Shown here: positions 18,528 to 27,128 of the stretch, in pieces | Position numbering within the stretch: position 1 is the first letter of the stretch | How the letters are laid out: the number at the start of each line of letters is the position of its first letter | Assembly (NCBI GenBank): GCA_964652805.1 | Contig: CAZZBJ010000001.1 | Location: 1-47,762 of the forward strand | Source of the DNA: an uncultured Mordavella sp. | GTDB lineage: Bacteria; Bacillota; Clostridia; Lachnospirales; Lachnospiraceae | DNA length: 47,762 bases | Reading direction: 5' to 3' | The notes under the pieces: model-generated | Seen by the model: only the letters and a program-made list of their open reading frames with translations | Told to the model about the DNA's origin: nothing | The model's database searches: none | Translations under genes and position numbers: made by a program

Positions 18528-19673
18528 CTAATATGCTTTTTCAAGAATTGCAAGAACGTCCTCTTTTGTGACATTCTGACGCGGGTTAAAACCAAGAACA
18601 GGCTCTTTTAATACATCCTCTGCCAACATATCAAAGTCTTTTCTGTCAATCCCCTGCTCAGACAGCGTTTTGATCTTTAATTCCTTAATCAATTTCTTAA
18701 GCTCATCTGCAAGTAAATATTTATCCTCTTCGATGCTGCCGCTTACCGGAAGATCTATTGCCTTCGCAAGCTCAACCATCTTCTCCGGGCAGCTGTCTGC
18801 GTTATACTCCATAACATACGGAAGAACCGTAGCATTCGCCATACCATGTGCCAGTCCGAAATGAGCACTCAGCGTATGTGCAATGCCGTGTACCAGTCCG
18901 AGATTTGCATTCGAAAAACCAAAGCCCGTAATGATACATCCGAGCATCATCTGTTCTCTTGCCTCCATGTCAGATCCGTCTTTCACTACTCTTGCTATGT
19001 TACTGTGAAGAATCTGAAGACCTTTAAGAGAATGATATTCGGTCAATGGAGTCGCCATATTGGAAATATAGCTCTCTACTGCATGCGTAATCGCATCCAT
19101 TCCGGTTGCCGCGGTAACACCCGCAGGAGCTGTCTTTGTAAACTCCGGATCGGCGATCACATCGGATGCAACAATCTTGTTGTCAATCACAACATATTTG
19201 ATTACCTTTTCTGTATCAATTAACGCGCTGACATTTGTGATCTCACTGGATGTCCCTGCCGTAGTCGGAACAGCGATCAATGGAAGACATGGGTTCTTCA
19301 CCATATTCATTCCGCCATACTCACTGATCGTTCCCGGATTGGTCATCAATACATTGATTGCCTTTGCCGTATCGATACTGCTTCCGCCTCCGACTGCCAC
19401 GAAACCGTCAACTTCTGCCTTTCTCGCAATAGCGGCCGCCTTTTCAACAACCTCATTTGTTGGATTCGGAATTACCTCATCAAAAATAGTAACGTTTACT
19501 TCTGCCTTCTTTACCTGATCTAATACTTTCTCTGCGATACCTGCTGCTTTTACGCCGCCGTCATATACTACCATCAGATTTTTAATTTCATATCCACTTA
19601 AAAGTTCCGGAAGCTTTTCCACCGCTCCTCTTCCAAATGTAATATTACTCTTTACAAAAAAATCGAAACTCAT
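18528..19673 (-). CDS. Iron-containing alcohol dehydrogenase
   Basis: 381 aa; GGGSSIDTAK, PTTAGTSSE, DAITHAVE, GLVHGIAH, HGMANA. Confidence 0.95.
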   Translation of the reverse strand: MSFDFFVKSNITFGRGAVEKLPELLSGYEIKNLMVVYDGGVKAAGIAEKVLDQVKKAEVNVTIFDEVIPNPTNEVVEKAAAIARKAEVDGFVAVGGGSSIDTAKAINVLMTNPGTISEYGGMNMVKNPCLPLIAVPTTAGTSSEITNVSALIDTEKVIKYVVIDNKIVASDVIADPEFTKTAPAGVTAATGMDAITHAVESYISNMATPLTEYHSLKGLQILHSNIARVVKDGSDMEAREQMMLGCIITGFGFSNANLGLVHGIAHTLSAHFGLAHGMANATVLPYVMEYNADSCPEKMVELAKAIDLPVSGSIEEDKYLLADELKKLIKELKIKTLSEQGIDRKDFDMLAEDVLKEPVLGFNPRQNVTKEDVLAILEKAY

Positions 19674-19728
19674 ATGCTCCTCCTTCTGTAATAATGGATT
19701 CCATTTCCTTTTGCCTTTCTTGTATTAA

Positions 19729-19785
19729 ATGATATCCGTAATATACCTTTTTCTCCAATTGCCTTTTTCCTTTTCAATTAGGAAA
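19729..19785 (-). promoter_or_regulatory. Island operator 1 and promoter of the Fe-ADH operon
   Basis: TTTCC(19766-70)-N10-GGAAA(19781-85); minus-strand TTGGAG(19758-53) and TATCAT(19734-29). Confidence 0.7.
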
Positions 19786-19813
19786 TCAGCGGGCCGTGAA
19801 TGGCAGCAGGAAC

Positions 19814-20968
19814 TCATTTTTTCCTCGCGTTATAGATTCCTGCCAGTACGGATATAAGTGTAATTCCAACCGCCGAGATCAGGAAAATGTTGTTTGTTGT
19901 CACCTGTCCAAACAGAACCTCTGATGCTTTATTTAAAACGACCGGAGACAACGTCTGTCCTATACAGTTGCCGCAGGTAAACCATGCTGCTGCCATTGCG
20001 GCTGCGGCTGGAGCAACAGCGTTGGAAACCGCTACCATCCCTGTCGGTATGAATACCCCCTGAGAAATTCCGCAGAAAAATGCCCCGACAACTAAGAGCA
20101 GCATATTTGACGGCGCCAGAGATATCAGGAGAGCTCCAATTGCAAAACTAAGCATTGCGCATGACATGGTCATCTTCTTTGTAATCCTGGTAACAGAACC
20201 CAACACTAATCCTGCCGCAATCTGTACTGCTGAGAATACTCCTGTAAGGATTCCGGATGCAGATGTATCCCCGGCCAGCTCCCCGGACAAGTGCATTGCA
20301 ATATTCGTATTGAATGTGATCAGGAAGAAAAACTCCATCATACAGAAAAAGGACAGAATAAATACGTCTTTATTCATATGTATATCTTCCTTGTTTTCCG
20401 ACTTCACGACACCCGTCTCCGGCAAAAACAGAAACAGAAGAATAAATGCCGCAAGACCAATCACATTCAGATAATATGCATTGCGAAAATCATTTTTCGC
20501 TATCCATCCGGCAACCGTTGTGACAAATACCATTCCTGCCCCTACACTTGCTCCCTGAATTCCCATCACGGAGACTCTTTCATCACCCTCAAAAAATTCT
20601 GCGACAACCGCCGTATTTAACGTGGTCGCCACGCCCATGGTAATTCCATAGATGGCCCTTGAAATAAAAAGCAGCGCAAAGCTATCGGCAAGCAATGGGG
20701 CAAATCCGCTAATCAGCGCAACAAGACCGGAAAATAACAGCAGCCTTTTCTTACTTATGATCATAACCAGCCTGCCGGATGCCAGCGCAATGACCATAGA
20801 GACAAGGGAAGGCACTGTCACCAGCATCTGTACATAGTTGACATTCACCGTATCAAAATGATCTGCAATCTGCCCGAGAACAGGGCTTACACAGAACTGA
20901 AGCCCCTGCAGAAAGGAAATGCAGACAATGGAAATAATAATTTTATATTTTTTCACTTCTCTACTCAT
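19814..20968 (-). CDS. MFS transporter
   Basis: About 12 hydrophobic segments; SPVLGQI..HF, SGRL..IISKKRLL, FFEGDERVSVMG; start overlaps the buk stop. Confidence 0.88.
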   Translation of the reverse strand: MSREVKKYKIIISIVCISFLQGLQFCVSPVLGQIADHFDTVNVNYVQMLVTVPSLVSMVIALASGRLVMIISKKRLLLFSGLVALISGFAPLLADSFALLFISRAIYGITMGVATTLNTAVVAEFFEGDERVSVMGIQGASVGAGMVFVTTVAGWIAKNDFRNAYYLNVIGLAAFILLFLFLPETGVVKSENKEDIHMNKDVFILSFFCMMEFFFLITFNTNIAMHLSGELAGDTSASGILTGVFSAVQIAAGLVLGSVTRITKKMTMSCAMLSFAIGALLISLAPSNMLLLVVGAFFCGISQGVFIPTGMVAVSNAVAPAAAAMAAAWFTCGNCIGQTLSPVVLNKASEVLFGQVTTNNIFLISAVGITLISVLAGIYNARKK

Positions 20969-22067
20969 CGAACGCAAACCCCCGGAAACAGCATTCTCCT
21001 GTATACTTCTTTACCTTTTCTTTCCCATCAAGTACGCGAACTGCCCCTGCCGCCATAGCTTCCATCTCAAACTCGCCCGGATAAGCGCTTACAGGAGCGA
21101 TCCACTCACAGGTCTCCGTAATCTGATTCACCAGATTCTTACTGTGAACCATGCCTCCGCCCAGGAGGATTCCGTCAACCTTTCCGTGCAGAACTGCCGC
21201 CATGGAACCAATACATTTCTCAATTTGGTAAATCATTGTATTCCACAGCATCTCTGCATATTGGTCGCCGTTTGCAGCACGTTCTGTAAGTTCAATCGCA
21301 TCTGAGATACCCAGATGGCTTACAAAGCCGCCGCTTCTGGTGCAAAGCTGTTTCACTGTCTTGATATCTTTATCCTCTGCATACTTCAAGAGATCCGCAA
21401 CTGCTACACTGCCGCATCTTGTTGGCGCCATAGGTCCCTCACCGCCTACGATGTCAAACCCGTCTACCATCCTTCCCGCGCGATGGGCGGATATGGAGAT
21501 TCCTCCTCCGATGTGACAAACAATGAAATTACATTCTTCATACCGCTTTCCCATACTTTCCGCATGACGGATCGCGGTTTCTTTCAGATTCAGCGCATGA
21601 AGATGCACACCTCTGTAAACGCCCTTAATACCGGTCATTCTGGCAAGATCCTGAAGTTCATCTACATCGGGAGGATTAACCGTAAATGCTTTCGCCTGAT
21701 ATTTCTGTGCAAATTCATATGCAATGCCGGGTCCTAATCCAGCCGGATGGATCACACCGTTTTTGGCATTGATGGAATGATCCAAAACAAGATCATCAAT
21801 CGCATATGTACCGCCTTCCATGGCGAGCAGCCCGCCTCCGCGTCCGACACAGGCATCCATTCCTTCCAGGTCAACCTGATTCTCTTCTAACAATTGTTCA
21901 ATTGTAGATTTTCTGTACTCAAGCTGTTCCGACAAAGTCTTGTATTTGGACAGCACCTTCGCATCGTGGCTTACATTTGCCGAAAACAGAGTTTTTTCTC
22001 CCTGAAACAACGCAATTTTCGTAGAGGTTGAACCGGGATTGACCGTAAATACTTTATAATCACTCAT
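20961..22067 (-). CDS. buk: Butyrate kinase family acyl-phosphate kinase
   Basis: 368 aa; VNPGSTSTKIALF, GRGG, HALN, HIGGGISI, GEGPMAPTRCG, PGEFEMEAMA. Confidence 0.92.
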   Translation of the reverse strand: MSDYKVFTVNPGSTSTKIALFQGEKTLFSANVSHDAKVLSKYKTLSEQLEYRKSTIEQLLEENQVDLEGMDACVGRGGGLLAMEGGTYAIDDLVLDHSINAKNGVIHPAGLGPGIAYEFAQKYQAKAFTVNPPDVDELQDLARMTGIKGVYRGVHLHALNLKETAIRHAESMGKRYEECNFIVCHIGGGISISAHRAGRMVDGFDIVGGEGPMAPTRCGSVAVADLLKYAEDKDIKTVKQLCTRSGGFVSHLGISDAIELTERAANGDQYAEMLWNTMIYQIEKCIGSMAAVLHGKVDGILLGGGMVHSKNLVNQITETCEWIAPVSAYPGEFEMEAMAAGAVRVLDGKEKVKKYTGECCFRGFAFDE

Positions 22068-22105
22068 CTCATTGTCTCCTTATCTCACTTATTTTTTCCT
22101 GCCTG

Positions 22106-22492
22106 CTAAGCATCTGACTCTGCAATCACAATTGCTCCTGCATAATCCTTTTCATGGGTCACAGATACAAGCAGCCTTTTTACCCCGGCTTCTTCCATCA
22201 GTTCTTTCAGCACAGGGGTATCCGTTACATAGGGGGAACCATCCTCATGATTTAATGTTTCCACTATGCGAAGATCAAAGATTTTTTCTTTCGTCAAATG
22301 TGCGAATGCTTTAAAAGCCGCCTCCTTGACTGCAAACCGGGAGGCAAGATACGCAAAAGGATCCGCAGCATTTCGGGAGGCTTCCCGTTCCTTCTTAGAA
22401 AATGTCTTTATAAGAAACGCTTCTCCAACATCCTCTGCCAGACGTTTTACTTCTTTTATTTCTGTCAGATCCATTCCGACTCCGAGTACCAT
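22106..22492 (-). CDS. acpS: Holo-ACP synthase (AcpS-type phosphopantetheinyl transferase)
   Basis: 128 aa; LGVGMDLTE, LASRFAVKEAAFKA, G.P, VSVTHEKDYA. Confidence 0.92.
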   Translation of the reverse strand: MVLGVGMDLTEIKEVKRLAEDVGEAFLIKTFSKKEREASRNAADPFAYLASRFAVKEAAFKAFAHLTKEKIFDLRIVETLNHEDGSPYVTDTPVLKELMEEAGVKRLLVSVTHEKDYAGAIVIAESDA

Positions 22493-22525
22493 AACCTCTG
22501 CCTCCTCTATTTTCTCAACTGAATT

Positions 22526-23536
22526 TTATTTGTTCTTCTCTGCCGCCGCGCGAATGACCAGCATCGCTACATTTCCCAGCATCTCGTCAACCGGAGCGCT
22601 TCTGGAGAAATCGCAGACCGGTTTGGCAAAGCCCTGAAGAACAGGACCATATGCATTTGCCTTGCCGAAAATCTGAATCAGCTTCACTCCGATATTTCCG
22701 GCATGAAGATTCGGGAAGATCAGAACATTTGCCTTTCCTGCCACTTCGCTCTCACGCTTTACCTTATGCTCTGCGACCTTTGGGATAATTGCAGAATCGA
22801 GCTGGAACTCCCCATCACATTTAATTTCCGGGCGAAGCTCATGTACGATCTTCACAGCCTCTCTCACCACATCAATGGATTCATGCTCCGCGCTTCCGGT
22901 TGTTGAAAAGGCAAGCATCGCAACTCTTGGCTCCCACCCAAGAAGGTTTCTGACTGTATCTGCTGATGAAACAGCAATTCCTGCCAGCTCTTCTGCATTC
23001 GGCTGTGCGGTAACTGCACAATCGGCAAGTGCCAGCATCTGACCCTGCGGTCCTTCAAATCCCGGAATATCAGCAAAGCCAAGACTTGACGGGCTTACTA
23101 CACCTTCCGCGAATCCTACGCCCTGCATCGCTTCCATTGTGACATCTCCGGTAGAATATTCTTTTCCGGCAGCCACGCAATCAACATAGTCCATATTCAA
23201 AAGGAACATTCCGCAGCGTACCGGGTCAACGGTAAGCTTCTTGAGTGTCGGTTTCTTCCGTTTTCCTTCATGTGCTGCAACAAATTCTTCCGCAAATGCA
23301 TCCATTGCATCCATATCTGTGTTATCAAAATATTCAAATCCTTCTGTGGATACTCCATTCTCAACCGCAAGTTTCTCTGTATTTTCCCTGCTTCCGATCA
23401 GAACCGGAGTTCCAATCTCCGTGCGGACAACCTCAGCTGCCGTTTTTAAAATATCAACACTGTATGACTCCGGAAAGCAGATTCTCTGCGGCGTATTTTT
23501 CGCTCTCTCTACCATTCCTGCAATAAACTCATTCAT
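22526..23536 (-). CDS. Phosphate acyltransferase (Pta/Ptb family)
   Basis: 336 aa; RICFPES, ADCAV, RVAMLAFST, DGEFQLDSAI, IFPNLHAGNIGVK, GPVLQG..KPVCDFSR. Confidence 0.92.
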   Translation of the reverse strand: MNEFIAGMVERAKNTPQRICFPESYSVDILKTAAEVVRTEIGTPVLIGSRENTEKLAVENGVSTEGFEYFDNTDMDAMDAFAEEFVAAHEGKRKKPTLKKLTVDPVRCGMFLLNMDYVDCVAAGKEYSTGDVTMEAMQGVGFAEGVVSPSSLGFADIPGFEGPQGQMLALADCAVTAQPNAEELAGIAVSSADTVRNLLGWEPRVAMLAFSTTGSAEHESIDVVREAVKIVHELRPEIKCDGEFQLDSAIIPKVAEHKVKRESEVAGKANVLIFPNLHAGNIGVKLIQIFGKANAYGPVLQGFAKPVCDFSRSAPVDEMLGNVAMLVIRAAAEKNK

Positions 23537-23556
23537 TTTCTTTCTCTCCTTAAAAT

Positions 23557-23585
23557 GAAAGCTCCGATTATTGTTCGGAGCTTTC
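23557..23585 (-). terminator. Intra-operon hairpin between the DUF35 and phosphotransacylase genes
   Basis: 11-bp stem gaaagctccga/tcggagctttc followed by ATTTT on the minus strand. Confidence 0.55.
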
Positions 23586-23605
23586 CTTTCATATCTTATC
23601 GTTTC

Positions 23606-24058
23606 TTAGTCCTCGTCCAGTTCAAAAAACAGAGTGGTATATCTTCCCATGTCATAAAATACCGGACGTACACGTACCGGAAGCTGATCCTGAATCTGTC
23701 TTGCTTTCTTCCTGGTCACTCCAAGAATCACTGCATTCATGGATACACCCTCATCAAATTCAACTTCTCCGCATACATATTTCAGATTTCTGTCTTCAAG
23801 TTCAAGTCTTGCATTCAGGACGCCTGTAAATACAAAGCTTTTCAGAACGCCTGTTCCTTTGAGCGTTGTCCATTCTGTCTCATGATATCCGCATGTATTA
23901 CATGCATGGTGCGGCGGGAATTCGACAGCGCCACATTCCGTACATTTTCTGGCATAGATAACGCCTTCTTTCAATCCATTCCAGAACTTCTCTACCACAT
24001 GTTCTCTGTTCCAGAAATCTTCTGTCTTTACTGTTATTTTTTCTGTACTCATGACCAT
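23606..24058 (-). CDS. DUF35 Zn-ribbon/OB-fold protein (thiolase partner)
   Basis: 150 aa; FWNGLKEG...KCTECG.VEFPP...CNTCG....W....GTG.L.SF; directly follows the thiolase. Confidence 0.9.
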   Translation of the reverse strand: MVMSTEKITVKTEDFWNREHVVEKFWNGLKEGVIYARKCTECGAVEFPPHHACNTCGYHETEWTTLKGTGVLKSFVFTGVLNARLELEDRNLKYVCGEVEFDEGVSMNAVILGVTRKKARQIQDQLPVRVRPVFYDMGRYTTLFFELDED

Positions 24059-24064
24059 ACCTCC

Positions 24065-25354
24065 TTAAAAGTTTGCCCTGAGAATTGTTGCGCGGACATT
24101 CTGTGCCCCGCCAAATCCTCTGAGGAATGTGTGTTTTGGCAGCTTCCTGACCTGACGTTCTCCGGCCTCTCCACGCATCTGTGTCACTGCTTCAAAAACA
24201 TCTGCCATTCCGGATGCTGCAAAAGCATGTCCATAGGAGGTACGACCGCCATTTGTATTCATCGGCTTGTCTCCATCGTAGGCAAGCCTTCCGTCAAGGG
24301 CATATTTCCATCCCTCTCCCTTTGGAAGGTAACCAATCTCTTCGGCTGCCAGGAATGCAGAAGAACCAATAAAGTCATTTACAAAAACAAGATCCATATC
24401 GTCTGCTGTCAGTCCGGTCATTTCAAATACCTGACGGGCAGCTTCTGCGGTCGCTTTTTTCTCAAGATGCGGAACAATCGCATCGAGAACGGACGCTCCG
24501 GTTCCAAGCACCTCAATTGGCTTTGCATTAAATTTGCGGGCAATCTCTGTCGGAACTACGATACACGCTGCCGCTCCATCTGCAACACAGGAGTCACTGG
24601 ATGTACGCAGATACTGTGTCATCTTTGGATTGTAAGGGGACTTCATATATTCCCACACATCATCAAATCCAGCCTCTTTCGCCAGCTCGTCAAACGGAGT
24701 TCTCCGAATGGCTCTCGGACAGAGTGTTGCATTTCTTCTGAAATGATAGGACTGATGATTCAATACATCGTCCGCCTGTTCCGCAGTCAGTCCGTTCTCA
24801 TGTACATAATAGTTTATCCAGTCATCGTGGTTCATACCAGGACCGCCGCCGAGATATCTTCCGTAAGCACGGTCAAAGATAGAATCCAGATCAGGGAATA
24901 ATACCTCCGGTGTAAGCGCTGTTCTCATGTGATCCGGTGTATTTCCATCCGGCATGCCTGTACCCATCTCACTGCATCCTGTCAGTACGATATCATAAGC
25001 ACCGCTTGCCACCGCAAATACCGCTTCTTCAAGAGCGATGTATCCTGTACAGCATCCTTCGGAATGGGTGATAGATCCCTTTCCTCTCATGCCAAACCAG
25101 TCTGCCACCTGAAGGTTTGGTGTGATACTGTTATACAACATATGCGGGTTCGCCGATCCATGGAAGAAGTACTGCACATCTCTTGGCTCGACTCCCGCAT
25201 CAGCCATTGCATCCAGCGCAGCATATCCAAAAAGTTCCCCGTTTGTCAGTCCCTTATAGGTCGGATTCTCCACCCCATTGAAAAATGGAGTTGCACCGAC
25301 ACCTACGATTGAGACACTCCTCATATTTTTCCCAAGTTTTACATTCGTCAACAT
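24065..25354 (-). CDS. Thiolase-family protein (SCP2/archaeal/PhlC-like type)
   Basis: 429 aa; VSIVGVGATPF, SEGCCTG (Cys101), ADGAAACIV, NTNGG...GHAFAASG, QMRGEAGERQV. Confidence 0.92.
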   Translation of the reverse strand: MLTNVKLGKNMRSVSIVGVGATPFFNGVENPTYKGLTNGELFGYAALDAMADAGVEPRDVQYFFHGSANPHMLYNSITPNLQVADWFGMRGKGSITHSEGCCTGYIALEEAVFAVASGAYDIVLTGCSEMGTGMPDGNTPDHMRTALTPEVLFPDLDSIFDRAYGRYLGGGPGMNHDDWINYYVHENGLTAEQADDVLNHQSYHFRRNATLCPRAIRRTPFDELAKEAGFDDVWEYMKSPYNPKMTQYLRTSSDSCVADGAAACIVVPTEIARKFNAKPIEVLGTGASVLDAIVPHLEKKATAEAARQVFEMTGLTADDMDLVFVNDFIGSSAFLAAEEIGYLPKGEGWKYALDGRLAYDGDKPMNTNGGRTSYGHAFAASGMADVFEAVTQMRGEAGERQVRKLPKHTFLRGFGGAQNVRATILRANF

Positions 25355-25369
25355 ATCATTACCTCACAT

Positions 25370-25612
25370 TTACATTTCATCCATAATATGATCAACAAGA
25401 TCACCGATTGTCTCAAACTGGCTCATTCTTGCCACCGGAATCATGACATCGTATTCATTTTCTATGGATGCACTCAAAGCTACCTTCTGCATAGACTGAC
25501 CGCCAAGCTCCTCAGCGATCTTTGTGTTTTCATTCATCTCAGATGCCTCTTTTTTGTAGGCTCTTGCAGCAAACTCAATCACCTTTTCTAAAACGTCTTT
25601 TCTTTCTTCCAT
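25370..25612 (-). CDS. Acyl carrier protein with an atypical phosphopantetheine motif
   Basis: 80 aa acidic protein; ELGGQS(40)MQ, IENEYDVMIP, FETIGDLVDHI; AcpS in the same operon. Confidence 0.85.
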   Translation of the reverse strand: MEERKDVLEKVIEFAARAYKKEASEMNENTKIAEELGGQSMQKVALSASIENEYDVMIPVARMSQFETIGDLVDHIMDEM

Positions 25613-25648
25613 GGTTTTCCTCTTTCATACTATCTAAAAATTATGTAA

Positions 25649-26902
25649 TTATTTCTGATACTTTTCTTCCTCTGCCTTTACAAAGCCCGGCTTTGCCAAT
25701 CCGACAAATACAGCAAAACCGACCGCCATAAGCACTGCTCCGCAGATATACGGAATACGGTAGCTTCCTGTGATGCCGTAGAATGCTGCAAAGAATGCAG
25801 GTCCGATTGCACCAACGACCTGGATGATCGGCTGAATCACTCCGTATCCATTTGCAAAGCTGTCGCCAAATTCTTCAATACACAGAGAAGCCGGCCAGTT
25901 TGCAGCTCCGCCAACTACCATACCGATCATAACGAGGGAAGCCCACACACCAACAGTTGTTCCGGTAAGATTCAAAAGCATTGCCGCAACACCACATACA
26001 TAGGTTGTGCAAGCTGCTTTTCTTGCACCAATTTGGGAATCGATCACTCCACAGATATAAGAGCCCGGGAGTGCAAAAAGTCCGGATGCAAGCATCATCA
26101 TGGTTGCCTTTCCCGAATCGAATCCAATTTCAAGAAGCCTCGGGAACAGCTGAACCATCAGACCACTCGCAAAAAGCAGCTGTGTGCCAAGTGTAATACC
26201 ATGTATCCAAACCTGTGGGGTTGAAAGAAGCTTCTTGGTTGTCCAGATACTTTTTTTATTGAATTTTTTCTCCTCATCTGCACCTTCTGCAGCCTCTCCG
26301 TTATCCGGTGCAAACCCTTTGTCCGCAGGATTATCAGCAAGTAAAGCAGCCATCATAACAGCCGCAACAATTGCAATTACAATAAACGGGAGGAATCCTC
26401 CAAGGGAACCCATTGCACCATAACCGGCCTGATAGATCATAGTTGCTACGCCGGAGCAGAGCGGAATACCCATTGTTACAATTCCCATAACCACACCTTT
26501 TTTCTTTGGAAACCATCTGGAAATAAGTACCGGTGAAAGCTGATAACCTATACCACTGGAAATTCCATTTGCAAGAATCAGACAAACAGCAAAGAGTAGA
26601 AAATCACCACTTGTGCCAAGTCCGATCATTACAACTACATAAATTGCAAAACAAATAAGACTGAGCTTCTTTGCAGAATATTTTACTGAAAGCTTACCGA
26701 GCACAAACCCTGCAACGATATTCGCAAGTGAACCTGCGGAAATCAAACTTGTAAGTACCGCAGCATTCCATCCATGAAGCTCTGCCAGAGTTCCTGAAGC
26801 GGCATTCATTGCGCTTCCGACAGCAGTTGCTGTAAAGTATGCCAGAAATGCATAAATAATTAACAGCCAACCCTTACCATATCCCTTTTTTGTATTTTTC
26901 AT
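25649..26902 (-). CDS. MFS transporter (OFA-like)
   Basis: 417 aa multi-pass protein; ISRWFPKKKGVVMG, P.DKG..PD loop. Confidence 0.9.
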   Translation of the reverse strand: MKNTKKGYGKGWLLIIYAFLAYFTATAVGSAMNAASGTLAELHGWNAAVLTSLISAGSLANIVAGFVLGKLSVKYSAKKLSLICFAIYVVVMIGLGTSGDFLLFAVCLILANGISSGIGYQLSPVLISRWFPKKKGVVMGIVTMGIPLCSGVATMIYQAGYGAMGSLGGFLPFIVIAIVAAVMMAALLADNPADKGFAPDNGEAAEGADEEKKFNKKSIWTTKKLLSTPQVWIHGITLGTQLLFASGLMVQLFPRLLEIGFDSGKATMMMLASGLFALPGSYICGVIDSQIGARKAACTTYVCGVAAMLLNLTGTTVGVWASLVMIGMVVGGAANWPASLCIEEFGDSFANGYGVIQPIIQVVGAIGPAFFAAFYGITGSYRIPYICGAVLMAVGFAVFVGLAKPGFVKAEEEKYQK

Positions 26903-26998
26903 TTTTTTTAATCCTCTTTTTTTCCAATATCTTTTTTCTTGTTACTTATTGAATGAAGCACTAAGTTTTTACGTCCCGGCACGTTTACTTATAGCCTT

Positions 26999-27092
26999 AC
27001 TATAGCCAGATTTATCTTTTCCCTCAACTTTCTAATTTCCCAATGCTTTAGGAAAAAATAAATGTCCATTTTTTTACCTGAAATCTTATAAT
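26999..27092. promoter_or_regulatory. Island operator 2, centred between divergent promoters (MFS-ACP-thiolase operon and thuA)
   Basis: TTTCC(27036-40)-N10-GGAAA(27051-55); leftward TTGAGG-17-TATAGT; rightward TATAAT at 27087-92; both -10 boxes are 31 nt from the site. Confidence 0.75.
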
Positions 27093-27128
27093 AAAACCAT
27101 AGAAAAATAATATACAAGGAGGTATTTC

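Noticed and set aside
20961-23536. Ordinary ptb-buk butyrate fermentation locus
   Set aside because: No hbd, crt or bcd-etf in the window; the thiolase is not the classical Thl type; acpS sits between the two genes.
23555-24901. 448-aa plus-strand ORF, and similar ones at 31720-32715, 43119-44132 and 11273-12052
   Set aside because: They lie antisense to well-supported genes and have no family motifs.
22106-25612. Fatty-acid or polyketide synthase cluster, or a phl/mevalonate cluster
   Set aside because: No ketosynthase, FabD, FabG or FabZ and no HMG-CoA synthase/PhlA or PhlD in the window.
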